Shown here piece after piece: positions 37,473-50,767 of a stretch of 64,000 bases of DNA. The DNA is from Malacoraja senta (lineage: Eukaryota). The notes beneath the pieces were generated by a model. It was not told the origin of the DNA, ran no database searches, and saw nothing but the letters and a program-made list of their open reading frames with translations. The stretch is taken from positions 1,924,001-1,988,000 of the forward strand of contig CM075990.1 of the NCBI GenBank assembly GCA_038087875.1, read 5' to 3'. How positions within the stretch are numbered: the stretch's first letter is position 1; each line of letters starts with the position of its first letter. The translations under genes were made by a program, and so were the position numbers.

Positions 37473-38205
37473 GAACAAGTTGGGGAGCCAGTCCATCAAC
37501 TCTTCGCACCTCTGCCTTAGCTCTTGCGTATCCCCAGCTGAGTACTGCGCACCCGTATGGAGTAGAAGTAGACATACTAGCCTGGTAGACACGAGCCTGA
37601 ACAGCACATTACGAACCATCACTGGGTGCCTTCAACTAACTCCAGTCAAGCAGCTCCCTATACTTGCAGGCATTCCACCTGCAGGGATCCGAAGGCAAGC
37701 AGCAACTCTGGCACTATCTCGTCGTGCCATGGACCCAGATCACCTCCTCCATCAGGCTTTCAGCAGAGAGCAGAGGCCACCCCGACTGAAGTCCCGTCAC
37801 CCCTTTGCTCCACATGGAAAACATCTCCTAGCATCCATCCAGCCAACTGAGACAAACGCACACTGGATAGGTCACAGGAGTGGAAGGCAACCTCATCTCC
37901 ATTACACAGCTACATCTCTTCACCAGTTAAAAGCTGTCCAGGGTCTGACCAGAGGAGCATGGGTGAAGCTCAACAGACTTCGTACTGGAGTTGGGCGTTT
38001 CAATGCCAGCATGTGGAGATGGGGACTCCGCCAGAGCCCAGCCTGTGAATGCGGAGTAGAACAACAGACAGCCAACCATGTCATTTCTGGGTGCCCGCTC
38101 TACCACCCACCAAATGTAGCTCAGGGCCTGGCAGACATTGATGCAGAGACAACAACCTGGCTGCTCAACATCCGGCTTGAGATCTAACTATTCCCTTGGT
38201 TTATG
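37473..38205 (+). mobile_element. RTE-X-like LINE 3' fragment
   Basis: ORF 37480-38187: AEYCAPVWSRS..LRTITGCL..LNRLRTGVG..CECG..TANHVISGC (C-terminal CCHC). Confidence 0.75.
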
Positions 38206-38917
38206 GGAGGCGTCATGAGGTGCCGTTACGCATCGTGATGCATGGTGACGCATAGTGATGCATGGTGACACAAAATGAATTAGCAGAGGTCATGACCTTG
38301 CGTCACTATGCATCACCATGCTTGGAAGTATCTGTACCAGCCTACTACAGGGTCTCATCATAGTTGTTGTCATAATCACCGCCTTTTACTGTGTTGCTGC
38401 CCTGATCCGATGTTGCTGAGTCAGGCAGCTACGGCCCTTGTCACCACAGGACCAGCGCTAAAGCTGGTGCAACCAATCGACCCAGGTAAGATTGTTAAAG
38501 AAGTGTTTCACACACTCACAATTATGGTAAAAAAAGATCAGCCAGTTGTCCTAAAGGAAAAAGGAGCATAGAAGTAAAACCTTTAGTACTGCAAAGTATA
38601 ATGGGATAGTTCACACAATAATGTTCAACCTAGGTGATTAATGCAAACTCTGCAACGTGATTAACACATTGATCTACCTCACATCATCAAAAGCCATCGC
38701 CGTTGTGTATTTTACGAGCAGACCTGATGATTAACACATTGATCTACCTCCCATTATCAAAAGTCATCACCTTAGTGTATAAATATCCTGCTATGCCGAC
38801 TAACATTGGAAATGTGATCACAGCCTTTATCTGAGGCACATTTCCCCTTGCGCATATAAAATCAACCAATTGCTGGTTAATGATTTGAGTCCTTGAGTCT
38901 TTTTATAGATCGAGACT

Positions 38918-40255
38918 GACATAGAAACATAGAAAATAGGTGCAGGAGGCCATTCGGCCCTTCGAGCCAGCACCGCCATTCATTGTGATCATGGCTGATC
39001 GTCCCCTATCAATAACCCGTGCCTGCCTTCTCTCTATATCCCTTGACTCCACTAGTCCCAAGAGCTCTATCTAACTCTCTCTTAAATCCATCCAGTGATA
39101 TGGCCTCCACTGCCCTCTGTGGCAGGGAATTCCATACATTCACAACTCTCTGGGTGAAAACGTTTTTTCTCACCTCAGTCTTAAATGACCTCCCCTTTAT
39201 TCTAAGACTGTGGCCCCTGGATCTGGAGTCGCCCAACATTGGGAACAATTTTCCTGCATCTAGCTTGTCCAGTCCTTTTATAATTTTATATGTTTCTATA
39301 AGATCCCCCCTCATTCTTCTAAACTCCAGTGAATACAAGCCTAGTCTTTTCAATCTTTCCTCATATGACAGTCCCGCCATCCCAGGGATCAATCTCGTGA
39401 ACCTACGCTGCACTGCCTCAATCACAAGGATGTCCTTCCTCAAATTAGGAGACCAAAACTGTACACAATACTCCAGATGGAGTATTGTGTACTCACACTG
39501 CCACCCAGCTTTGTGTCATCCGCAAACTTGCTGGTGCTGCTCCTAATTCCCTCTTCCAAATCATTAATATATATGGTAAACAGTTGCGGCCCCAACACCG
39601 AGCCTTGCGGCACTCCACTCGCCACTGCCTGCCTTTCTGAAAAGGACCCATTCACTCCTACTCTTTGCTTCCGGTCTTCCAACCAATTTTCTATCCATGT
39701 CAACACCCTACCCCCAATACCATGTGCTCTAATTTTAGTCACCAGTCTCCCGTGCGGGACCTTATCAAAGGCTTTCTGAAAGTCTAGATACACTACATCC
39801 ACTGGCACACCTTCATCCATTTTACTTGTCACATCCTCAAAAAAATTCCAGAAGATTAGTCAAGCATGATTTCCCTTTCATAAATCCATGTTGACTTGGA
39901 CTAATCCTTTTACCGCTATCCAAATGCCCCATTATTACCTCTTTAATAATTGACTCCAGCATCTTTCCCACCACCGAAGTCATGCTAACTGGTCTGTAAT
40001 TCCCCGTTTTCTCTCTCACTCCTTTCTTGAAAAGTGGGATAACATTAGCTATCCTCCAATCCGCAGGAACTGATCCTGAATCTATTGAACATTGGAAAAT
40101 GATCACCAATGCGTCCACTATTTCTAGAGCCACCTCCCTGAGGACCCTGGGATGCAGACCATCAGGCCCAGGGGATTTATCATCCTTCAGTCCCATTAGC
40201 CTACCCAATACTATTTCTCACCTAATGAATATTTCTTTCAGTTCCTCTACCCCCT
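38918..40255 (-). mobile_element. CR1 3' portion with an internal deletion
   Basis: ORFs 39837-40208, 39440-39832 and 39009-39443; (TTTCTATG)n tail at 38918-38935. Confidence 0.92.
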
Positions 40256-40662
40256 TGCCGTCTGAAACGACACGCGGTGTCGCCGCGGAGCCTGAATGAA
40301 CGAGGTTTTGGGGGTGGACGGAAATGTCAAGTCAAGTCAAGTGAGTTTATTGTCATGTGTCCCTGGTAGGACAATGAAATTCTTCTTTGCTTGAGCACAA
40401 CAGAACATAGTAGGCATTTACTACAAGGCATTCTATAAATATATACACAATGGTCAATATACTGATACTGCTGGAGGGATTCGGCGGGTGAGGCAGCATC
40501 TGTGGAGCGAGGCAAATGGGCAAAGTTTCGGGTCGAGGCTCTTCTTCTGACTGATGTGAGGGTGGGGGGCGGGAGGAAGAAAGGAAGAGGTGGAGCCAGT
40601 GGGCTGAGGGAGAGCTGAGATTGGGGAGGAGAAAGTAGGGACCAAAGATACTGGTAGGCAGT

Positions 40663-43600
40663 ATAGAAACATAGAAACATAGAAATTAGGTGCAGGAGTA
40701 GGCCATTCGGCCCTTCGAGCCTGCACCGCCATTCAATATGATCATGGCTGATCATCCAACTCAGTATCCCGTACCTGCCTTCTCTCAATACCCTCTGATC
40801 CCTTTAGCCACAAGGGCCACATCTAACTCCCTCTTAAATATAGCCAATGAACTGGCCTCGACTACCCTCTGTGGCAGAGAGTTCCAGAGATTCACCACTC
40901 TCTGTGTGAAAAAAGTTCTTCTCATCTCGGTTTTAAAGGATTTCCCCCTTATCCTTAAGCTGTGACCCCTTGTCCTGGACTTCCCCAACATCGGGAGCAA
41001 TCTTCCTGCATCTAGCCTGTCCAACCCCTTAAGAATTTTGTAAGTTTCTATAAGATCCCCTCTCAATCTCCTAAATTCTAGAGAGTATAAACCAAGTCTA
41101 TCCAGTCTTTCTTCATAAGACAGTCCTGACATCCCAGGAATCAGTCTGGTGAACCTTCTCTGCACTCCCTCTATGGCAATAATGTCCTTCCTCAGATTTG
41201 GAGACCAAAACTGTACACAATACTCCAGGTGTGGTCTCACCAAGACCCTGTACAACTGCAGTAGAACCTCCCTGCTCCTATACTCAAATCCTTTTGCTAT
41301 GAAAGCTAACATACCATTCGCTTTCTTCACTGCCTGCTGCACCTGCATGCCTACTTTCAATGACTGGTGTACCATGACACCCAGGTCCCGCTGCATCTCC
41401 CCTTTTCCTAGTCGGCCACCATTTAGATAATAGTCTGCTTTCCTGTTTTTGCCACCAAAATGGATAACCTCACATTTATCCACATTATACTGCATCTGCC
41501 AAACATTTGCCCACTCACCCAGCCTATCCAAGTCACCTTGCAGTCTCCTAGCATCCTCCTCACAGCTAACACTGCCCCCCAGCTTAGTGTCATCCGCAAA
41601 CTTGGAGATATTGCCTTCAATTCCCTCATCCAGCTCATTAATATATATTGTAAATAGCTGGGGTCCCAGCACTGAGCCTTGCGGTACCCCACTAGTCACT
41701 GCCTGCCATTGTGAAAAGGACCCGTTTACTCCTACTCTTTGCTTCCTGTTTGCCAGCCAGTTCTCTATCCACATCAATACTGAACCCCCAATGCCATGTG
41801 CTTTAAGTTTGTATACTAATCTCTTATGTGGGACCTTGTCGAAAGCCTTCTGGAAGTCCAGATACACCACATCCACTGGTTCTCCCCTATCCACGCTACT
41901 AGTTACATCCTCGAAAAATTCTATAAGATTCGTCAGACATTATTTACCTTTCATAAATCCATGCTGACTTTGTCCAATGATTTCACCACTTTCCAAATGT
42001 GCTGCTATCCCATCTTTAATAACTGACTCTAGCAGTTTCCCCACTACCGATGTTAGACTAACTGGTCTGTAATTCCCCGTTTTCTCTCTCCTTCCCTTCT
42101 TAAAAAGTGGGGTTACGTTTGCTATCCGCCAATCCTCAGGAACTACTCCAGAATCTAAAGAGTTTTGAAAGATTATTACTAATGCATCCACTATTTCTGG
42201 AGCTACTTCCTTAAGTACTCTGGGATGCAGCCTATCTGGCCCTGGGGATTTATCGGCCTTTAATCCATTCAATTTACCCAAAACCACTTCCCGACTAACC
42301 TGGATTTCACTCAATTCCTCCAACTCCTTTGACCCGCGGTCCCCTGCTATTTCCGGCAGATTATTTATGTCTTCCTTAGTGAAGACGGAACCAAAGTAGT
42401 TATTCAATTGGTCTGCCATATCCTTGTTCCCCATGATCAACTCACCTCTTTCTGACTGCAAGAGACCTACATTTGTTTTAACTAATCTCTTTCTTTTTAC
42501 ATATCTATAAAAACGTTTGCAGTCAGTTTTAATGTTCCCTGCCAGTTTTCTTTCATAATCTATTTTTCCTTTCCTAATTAAGCCCTTTGTCCTCCTCTGC
42601 TGGTCTCTGAATTTCTCCCAGTCCTCCGGTATGCTGCTTTTTCTGGCTAATTTGTACGCATCATCCTTCGCTTTGATACCATCCCTGATTTCCCTTGTTA
42701 TCCATGGATGCACTACCTTCCCTGATTTATTCTTTTGCCAAACTGGGATGAACAATTTTTGTAGTTCATCCATGCAGTCTTTAAATGTCTTCCATTGCAT
42801 GTCCACCGTCAACCCTTTTAGAATTAATTGCCAGTCAATCTTGGCCAATTCACGTCTCATACCGTCAAAGTTACCTTTCTTTAAGTTCAGAACCATTGTT
42901 TCTGAATTAACAATGTCACTCTCCATCCTAATGAAGAACTCAACCATATTATGGTCACTCTTGCCCAAGGGGGCACGTACAACAAGACTGCTAACTAACC
43001 CTTCCTCATTACTCAATACCCAGTCTAAAATAGCCTGCTCTCTCGTTGGTTCCTCTACATGTTGATTTAGATAACTATCCCGCATACATTCCAAGAAATC
43101 CTCTTCCTCAGCACCCCTGCCAATTTGATTCACCCAATCTATATGTAGATTGAAGTCACCCATTATAACTGTTTTGCCTTTGTCGCACGCATTTCTAATT
43201 TCCTGTTTGATACCATCTCCAACTTCACTACTACTGTTAGGTGGCCTGTACACAACACCCACCAGCGTTTTCTGCCCCTTAGTGTTTCGCAGCTCTACCC
43301 ATACCGATTCCACATCCTCGAACCTAATGTCCTTCCTTTCCATTGCGTTAATCTCCTCTCTAATCAGCAACGCTACCCCACCTCCTTTTCCTTTCTCTCT
43401 ATCCCTCCTGAATATTGAATATCCCTGGATGTTCAGCTCCCAGCCTTGGTCACCCTGGAGCCATGTCTCCGTGATCCCAACTATATCATAGTCATTAATA
43501 GCTATCTGCACATTCAACTCATCCACCTTATTACGAATGCTCCTTGCATTGAGACACAAAGCCTTCAGGCTTGTTTTTACAACACTCTTACCCCTTATAC

Positions 43601-43780
43601 AATGATGTTGAAAAGTGGCCCTTTTTGATTTTTGCCCTGGTTTTGTCTGCCTGCCAGTTTTACTTTTCACCTTGCTACCTATTGCTTCTACCCTCATTTT
43701 ACACCCCTCTGTCTCTACGCTCACACATTTAAGAAACCCTTTCCCTTTAACTCCATCCTCCACTATCCCATTCAACACCC
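40663..43780 (-). mobile_element. Young CR1 (HER1-like) LINE with complete ORF2 broken by a single stop
   Basis: APE domain (LCLNARSIRNK, GITETW, MGDFN, SDH) and RT ([18 protein letters not shown]); ORFs 41940-43778 and 40785-41894 are in frame, separated by TAA (GK*CLTNL); TTTCTATG tail. Confidence 0.95.
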
Positions 43781-43992
43781 CACCCCCCCACCCCCCTTAT
43801 CTTTGCTGGTAGGGACTGCCTCCACCTCTTCCTTTCTTCTTCCCGCCCCTCTCGCATCAGTCTGAAGAGGGGTTTCGAGCTGAGGTGTTGCCTATTTCCT
43901 TCACTCCATGGATGCTGCCTCACCCGCTGAGTTTCTCCAGCATTTTTGTCTACCTTTGGAGCCTCGTTCACTTCAGGCTCCGCGGCGACAGC

Positions 43993-44962
43993 GAGGAGGA
44001 ACTATCTTGGGGAACGGCTGCTAACCAGCAGCCGTCTGTTAAATTCACTTTTTTACTTAGTTTTTTTTCTTGTTTTTGTCTATGGGGAATTTTGACTTTT
44101 AATGTGGGGGGGTAAGGGGGAAACTATTTCTAGGTCCCTAAGTGGTCGGTGAGGCAGCTTTTTCTCCGGGCTGCCCCGTCGACCCGTCCTTGCGGCCTAC
44201 CAGCGGGCGTGGAGCGGCGTTTCCTGGCGGGGACTGCCCAGCACCTTCAGCTTCGGTGGCGGCACAGCGCTGGAGCTATATCGCGGAGCGGAGCGGGCGA
44301 TGCCTTGCCTGGGTCGCCGCGCTGGATCGACGCGCTGGAGCTCCGGTGAGCTGGACCGCCGAGCTCAACACCTCCGGACTGCAGAGCGGCCAGCCGCGGG
44401 CGGCGGCGCCGACCCTAACATCGGGAGCCTCGGAGCTCCAAATCGGCGCGGCCTTGTTGGCTTCAGGTGCCACGGACTCCGGTAGGAAATCTGCCGCTCC
44501 AGGTGGGCCAGCTGCTGCGAGGACTCACCCGACGCCGGAGAAACACCCAGTGAAAACGGCCAGGAACATCGGGCCTCCGTAGAAGCAACTGTGGAGGCCT
44601 CAATAGGCCTGTCTTTGGGTGAACTGGGGATGGGGACTGGACATTGTGCCTTCCCCCACAGTGGTAATCATTGTGGGGGGATGATTTTTGTGTGTAAATG
44701 ATATTTTATTTTATGTCCAAGATGGCTGCCAGAAGGGAGAGTGGACGCTGGCGCGCTTTATCAGCCGCTGCTCTCTCTTCCATATTGTGTTTTTGATTTT
44801 TGTTTTTGGATTGAATTCTCTCTTTAATTTGTGTACTCGTGATGTCTTTACTATTTATTTCATTCCGCTTACATGTTTCTACTATTTGTTAAACTTTGTA
44901 AGGTGTCCTTGAGACTTTTGAAAGGCGCCCATAAATAAAATTTATTATTATTATTATTATTA
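43993..44962 (+). mobile_element. ~1 kb GC-rich non-coding retroposon with L2-type 3' end, copy 1
   Basis: Collinear with 46225-47210; ends tgtaaggtgtccttgag..gaaaggcgcccataaataaa(tta)n. Confidence 0.75.
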
Positions 44963-46224
44963 GATCCACTGTCCACCAGTACAGGCAACGTAACTCTCAT
45001 TCCAGAAGAAAATTCTGCTCACTGTCTCCGTTGCGATGGCCATGCAAAGAGTGCCCTGGGAGGAGGACAAGGGAGTGACAACACTGCTCGGGTGATGGTG
45101 AAGAATCTCTGCGAGGGAAACCTTTCCTGACTCGTCCCATCGAAGGAGCAGGAAGCTGTGTTGAGATCGAGGTCCTGTGTGGAATCTGGATGATCAAGCA
45201 CCAGGTGATGGTCAGGCTGAGGGTTTGAAGATCAATGAGCCATCACCTCAGTGTTTGCCCTCACAGGGACCCAAGCAGAGTGTGTCGCACCTGCAACACA
45301 CCGGGCTCGGCTGAAGCTGAAACTCAGACGCACAAAGTCACAAGGTGCACAGCAAGTTGCTCACCTGGCCTTGCCTTTCTCCTCCACGAGCCAGCCAGCC
45401 ACTTGCTGCCTCTCCTCCTCAACCGTAAACTTGGCTTGTAACAAATCCACCAAGGCGGGCGGCCTTGTCATTACCTCTGGCGCCACCCACCTAACCCCCC
45501 GACCCCTCCAGGCACGATGGCGCAAGCCCACCCACCAGAGCCAGTCATCCACCCCCGCAGACAGACAGATGACTTACCAATACACAGCCAACAGTACAAT
45601 GCGGCGGACCCCCCCCCCCCCCCCCGGTCCTAAAGCGTGTGGCAAGAGTTTTGTCGGGGGGCAGGTCCACATTGAAGAAGCAATCACTCCCTGGGGCTGC
45701 TCATGTGAAGGAGCTAAATTCACCCCTGCCCCCTTCAGAGAGTCAGTCAGTCATACCTCAGTAGTGTGGTGCTCGCTGTGGTTCACGTGCAGCTCACTCT
45801 CTCTCTTCTGACCGACCGACATCATCCCAATTGTGGCGACTTCATTCGCAGAGCCAGTAATTGTGAACAATTTGCTGAAGATTTGTTTATTATACTTTTC
45901 TCATTCCTGGAAGTTTCAGTTGCATTTGTGGTTCGAAATGCAAGCTGTACCTCCCCCTTTTCATTTAAAATATCAATTGTTGAAATCAATAAAAGAAAAC
46001 CCATTTTTAACTCCATTGCACACACACATCCCAAATATTCGACACTCATTTGTATTAGTTACAATGAGATAGGTTGGGAGAATGGGATTGCACCCTTAAC
46101 TTGGCAGTCCATTGTGTCGTCTGATAACAGCGTCAACCGGAAAAGTCAGAGAATAGTACAAATTGAGTGCAAAGGCAATGAACTATCTGAGGCCCTGTGC
46201 AGACAGAGCCTGCATCTCACAAAG

Positions 46225-47210
46225 GAGGAGGAGGAGCCATCTTGGGGAACGGCTGCTAATCAGCAGCCGTCCGTTTAATTTTCTTTGTAGTTCTAGTGAG
46301 TCCTGTGTTTTGCTTGTGGGAGAAATCGACTTTTTAATGTATGGCGAAGGGGGTAACTATATTTCTAGGTCCCTACCTGGTCGGTGAGGCAGCTTTTTCT
46401 CCGGGCTGCCCCGTCGACCCGTCCTTGCGGCCTACCAGCGGGCGTGGACCGCCGTTTCCTGGCAGCGACCGCCCAGCACCTCGGCTTCGGTGGCGGCACA
46501 GCGCTGGAGCGCTATCGCGGAGCGGTTCGGGCGATGCCTTGCCTGGGTCGCCGCGCTGGATCGACGCGCTGGAGCTCCGGTGAGCTGTGACCGCCGAGCT
46601 CAACACCTCCGGGCTGCGGGGCTGCGGAGAGGAGCGGGCGGCGCCGACTTCAACATCGGGAGCCTGGGAGCTCCAAACCGGCGCGGCCTTGTTGGCTTCA
46701 GAAGCCGCGGTCTCCGGTAAGGAATGCGGCTGTTCCAGGTGGCCCAGCCGCTGAGAGGACTCTCCCGACGCCGGGGCAACAGCACCCGGCGAGAACGGCC
46801 AGGAACATCGGGCCTCCGTAGAGGCAATAGCGGAGGCCTCAATAGGCCTGACTTTGGGAGAACTGGGGATGGGGACTGGGCATTGTGCCTTCCCCCACAG
46901 TGGTAACCATTGTGGGGGGATGATTTTTGTGTGCAATGTGACTATTTTAGTCTGTGTCCAAGATGGCTGTTGGAAGGGAGAGTGTACGCTGGCGCGGTTT
47001 AGCTGCCGCTGCCCCTGCTCTCTCTTCACATTGTGTTTCTGATTTTTTTTTTTGTCTTTGGATCGAATTCTGTCTTTAATTTGTGTATTGGTGATGTCAT
47101 TATAATTTATTTTACTCCGATTATATGTTTTTTTACTTGTTAAATTCTGTAAGGTGTCCTTGAGACTCTTGAAAGGCGCCCATAAAATAAAATTATTATT
47201 ATTATTATTA
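46225..47210 (+). mobile_element. ~1 kb GC-rich non-coding retroposon with L2-type 3' end, copy 2
   Basis: Same 5' hairpin (acggctgct-aatc-agcagccgt), body and (TTA)n tail as copy 1. Confidence 0.75.
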
Positions 47211-47409
47211 AATACAGGTGTGAATGGCTGCACCTCATACTTCAGCTACAAAAGCTGGCAAGCACACCAATTGTTGCTTTTAGAGTACTTTTTGACCGGA
47301 TTATTTTCTCTCTCTTTCTAAAGACTTTATTTCTATCAACATTTTGAAAGTCTAACACTTCCAGTTTACAGCGAAATGCAAGCCAAACAATGAATATCAA
47401 CCTACAATC

Positions 47410-48500
47410 AAAATGTTACCATAGTTACGCAGACGACACACAAATCTACATAACAATATCACCAGGAGACTATAGTCCAATACAAGCACTGAGTAGATGC
47501 ATTGAGCAAATCAACGATTGGATGAACCAGAATTTTCTCCAATTAAACAAAGAAAAAACGGAAATAATTGTTTTTGGAGCCAAGGAAGAACGATTAAAAG
47601 TTAGCACCCAGCTTCAAATGGTAATGCTAAAAACAACAAACCAAGCCAGAAACTTAAGAGTAGTCATGGACTCAGACCTGAACTTCAACAGCCACATAAA
47701 AACAGTCACAAAGTCAGCCTACTATCACCTGAGGAATATATCAAGGATTAAGGGACTTATGTCTCAGCAGGATTTGGATAAACTTGTCCATGCATTTATC
47801 TTCAGCAGGCTTGACTACTGTAACAGTGTCTTTACAGGTCTCCCTAAAAAGTCGATCAGACAGCTGCAGTTAATTCAGAACGCTGCTGCTCGAGTCTTCA
47901 CTAAGACCAAAAAAGTAGATCACATTACTCCAGTTCTGAGGTCTTTACACTGGCTTCCTGTCTGTCAAAGAATTGATTTCAAAATACTACTATTGGTTTA
48001 CAAAGCACTGAATGGTTTAGGGCCAAAATACATTTCTGATCTTCTGCTTAGCTACGAACCACCCAGACCTCTCAGATCGTCTGGGACAGGTCTGCTCTGT
48101 GTCCCCAGAGTCAGAACTAAACATGGAGAGGCAGCATTTAGTTTTTACGCACCACATATCTGGAACAAACTCCCAGAAAACTGCAGGTCTGCTGCAACTC
48201 TCAGCTCTTTTAAATCTAGACTGAAGACTTTTCTGTTTGCCGCTGCCTTTCAGTAAACAATACAATTTATTAATTATCTATACTGCACTGTAACTTCTAT
48301 TCCTGGTTTTATTCTATTTTAAATATTTTATTTGATTCCTTTTAATTTTGTAATTATTATCTGAATAATCTAATAATCATTTTATATCTAAATGTCATTT
48401 TATATGTGTTTCTTTCAAATGCTTTAAATGTTTTATGTAAAGCACTTTGAATTACCTTGTGGTTGAAAGGTGCTATACAAATAAACTTGCCTTGCCTTGC
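47410..48500 (+). mobile_element. L2 LINE 3' fragment with uninterrupted RT C-terminal ORF
   Basis: ORF 47390-48256: [44 protein letters not shown]; tail aataaa(cttgc)n. Confidence 0.92.
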
Positions 48501-48677
48501 TGTGAATGTGTAAGGCGAGAGGCTTCTCAGAGCAACTTGTAAACTGACCACTAGCCATCCTGTTTAATTTAGTTTAGAGATACAGCACAGAAACAGGCCC
48601 TTCAGCCTACCGAGTCTGCACCGACCAGCGATCCCCCCCACACCAATGCTATCCTGGCATATAATCACTGGAATTTA

Positions 48678-50765
48678 AGGGGCTGTCCCACTTGGCCGTT
48701 ATTTGCGCCTCATTTACGCATCATATGTAAAATAGGTCGATGCATTGTGACGCGTGGGGTGCGCGTGGGTGACGCACGCATTGCGCATGGTAAGGCGTGG
48801 AATCGGATGCGGTGGCGCGCATTATCGCGCGGCGCTCCAGAATTTCGTTGGGTAACAAAATCCTCGCGCGCCACCTCCATGACGTATCGCGTACGCACAC
48901 TGATGCATTGGCTACGCACGCTGACGCATTAGCGTCGCACGCTGTATCGAGAGGTGACGCATGGTTACGTCACTGTGCGTCAGCGTCCGTAAACATGCAA
49001 CGACGTGCTCCGCACATACGCCGTCGGCCTGCCTTTACGCGTCATGTAACCTCTAACCTCGTCCACAGCAGGCACGTGCCGTCAGGGTAGGCACTGCCTA
49101 CCCCGACTAAAATTATAAAATGGTAATTATTAAATATAAATAGTAAAGGCATGAGAGAATTATGCCTATCTAAGAGATCATTCTCCGTGCCTTTCATCCG
49201 CAGTACTTGTAACACGCGAAGGTCTGTGCAGCCCACGTGCCATCGGCGCCGCTTCAAGCCGTCAATGACAAGCAGGCTGAAGGCAGCTGAAATTCCCCCT
49301 TTGCAGTCCTACGCATGCGCAGCAGCCTACTGCTTGGTGGGTTTTCAAATATGGATTGCCATTATCTTAAGAGTATCTTAGGAAACAAAGAGAGAAGAAT
49401 GGAGTTTGTGTACCGATAATGTGGTAAGTACATTTCTTGGTGCTATATGTTTTTAAATACCGTATTTCCCGAGGTGGGGGGGGGGGGTGGGGGGTGGGGA
49501 AGAGAGTTCCTTTAACAGCGTATGGGGAGTCTGGCCAGGGGTAAAGTTGCGGGGAGGGCAAGAGTGTTGAGCAGGAGAGGGTTGGGGATCATGCCAGTAA
49601 CTCACTTGCGACGCTCGGGCCGCATTGTTGCGAGCGGCTGCCGGGAGTGGACAGCAGAACCGGCCGCCACCTCACCCCCTTCTGTCGGCCCCCGCTCACC
49701 TCTGGCAGTGGTCTCCATCTGAAAATCTCTCTCCTGCCGCTCCCGGCCTCACTCATGTCAGCCGCTTCCCGCAAATCCTTAAATTCCGACCATGGGTCAC
49801 CATGCATCAAGGGACCAATTGACGTTACTCGGCTATCGGAATTTAAGAATTTGCGGGAAGCGGCTGACATGAGCGAAGTCGGCGAGTGGCAGGTGAGAGG
49901 TGTTCAGACAGAGAGCACTGCCAGAGGTGAGCGGACCGGCAGTAGGCGCTGAAATGAAGGCCAGGTCTGCTGTCGGGTCCTGGCGGCCGCTCGCAGCCAC
50001 CCGAGCTGCTTCCCTCCCCGGCCACAATGCGGTGGCTCCGTGCCCGGAGGCTGCGGCAGCGGTGAGTGAGCGAGTTACCGGCATGATCCCCGACCCCCTC
50101 CTTCTTAACACTCCTGCCCTCCCCGCAACTTTACCCATGCCCAGACTCTCCACACGCTGTGAAACGAACTCTCCCCCAATTGGTCCCTTGAACAAGTATT
50201 GTCATTCAATAAGATGACAACTGATACAACTTGTCCCGGTGTGCTCCCGTTTTACCACCATCTCTCCACCTGCCGTCACCCTTCACCCCCACCCATTCAG
50301 TAATTCAGAATGAAGGAGACTTGGAAGCTTAGGCAAATTGAATGTTACTGTCTTTATTTTTATTTTTACGGAGAGGAGAACAATCTGCGCATGCGCAGTT
50401 TAGATTTTTTTTAAAGCCGACTGACTGCCTACCCCGAGTAATCACTCACGGCACGTGCCTGGTCCACACAGACCTCTCCCTGGGTTTCTTGCTAGCCTTT
50501 CTTGTTGTACTCCTGCCTGGCTGATCTGTAAGTATGAGGGCTGCTGCTAACAGACGTCTCTGTTGTTGCTGTAGCAATAAAATCTGTAGTTCTTCCATGA
50601 TGGTCATGATGCAGAATAGGAAGCAGGGTATTCTAATGACGTCACGCGCACCAGACGGATGCGCTGACGCATGATTACGCGTGATGACGCGTGATTTGCG
50701 CGTCGAACTATTTTACATATGACTTGTAAATGAGGCGCAACTGACAGCCAAGTGGGACAGGCCCT
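48678..50765. mobile_element. PIF/Harbinger-type non-autonomous element
   Basis: ~65 bp imperfect TIRs (AGGG(G/C)CTGTCCCACTTGGC..TGCGCCTCATTTAC..CATATGTAAAATAG), flanked by TTA / TGA; acgcg-rich subterminal repeats. Confidence 0.8.
49069..50461. mobile_element. hAT MITE nested in the Harbinger-type element, with an internal long palindrome
   Basis: TIR CAGGCACGTGCCGT / ACGGCACGTGCCTG; 8-bp TSD gtccacag / gtccacac. Confidence 0.85.
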
Positions 50766-50767
50766 TG

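Noticed and set aside
38657..38790. Short direct repeat (tgattaacacattgatctacctc x2)
   Set aside because: Only two copies; an ordinary local tandem duplication.
45766..46278. 170-aa ORF in non-repeat sequence
   Set aside because: No recognisable domain or convincing splice sites, and it runs into a repeat.
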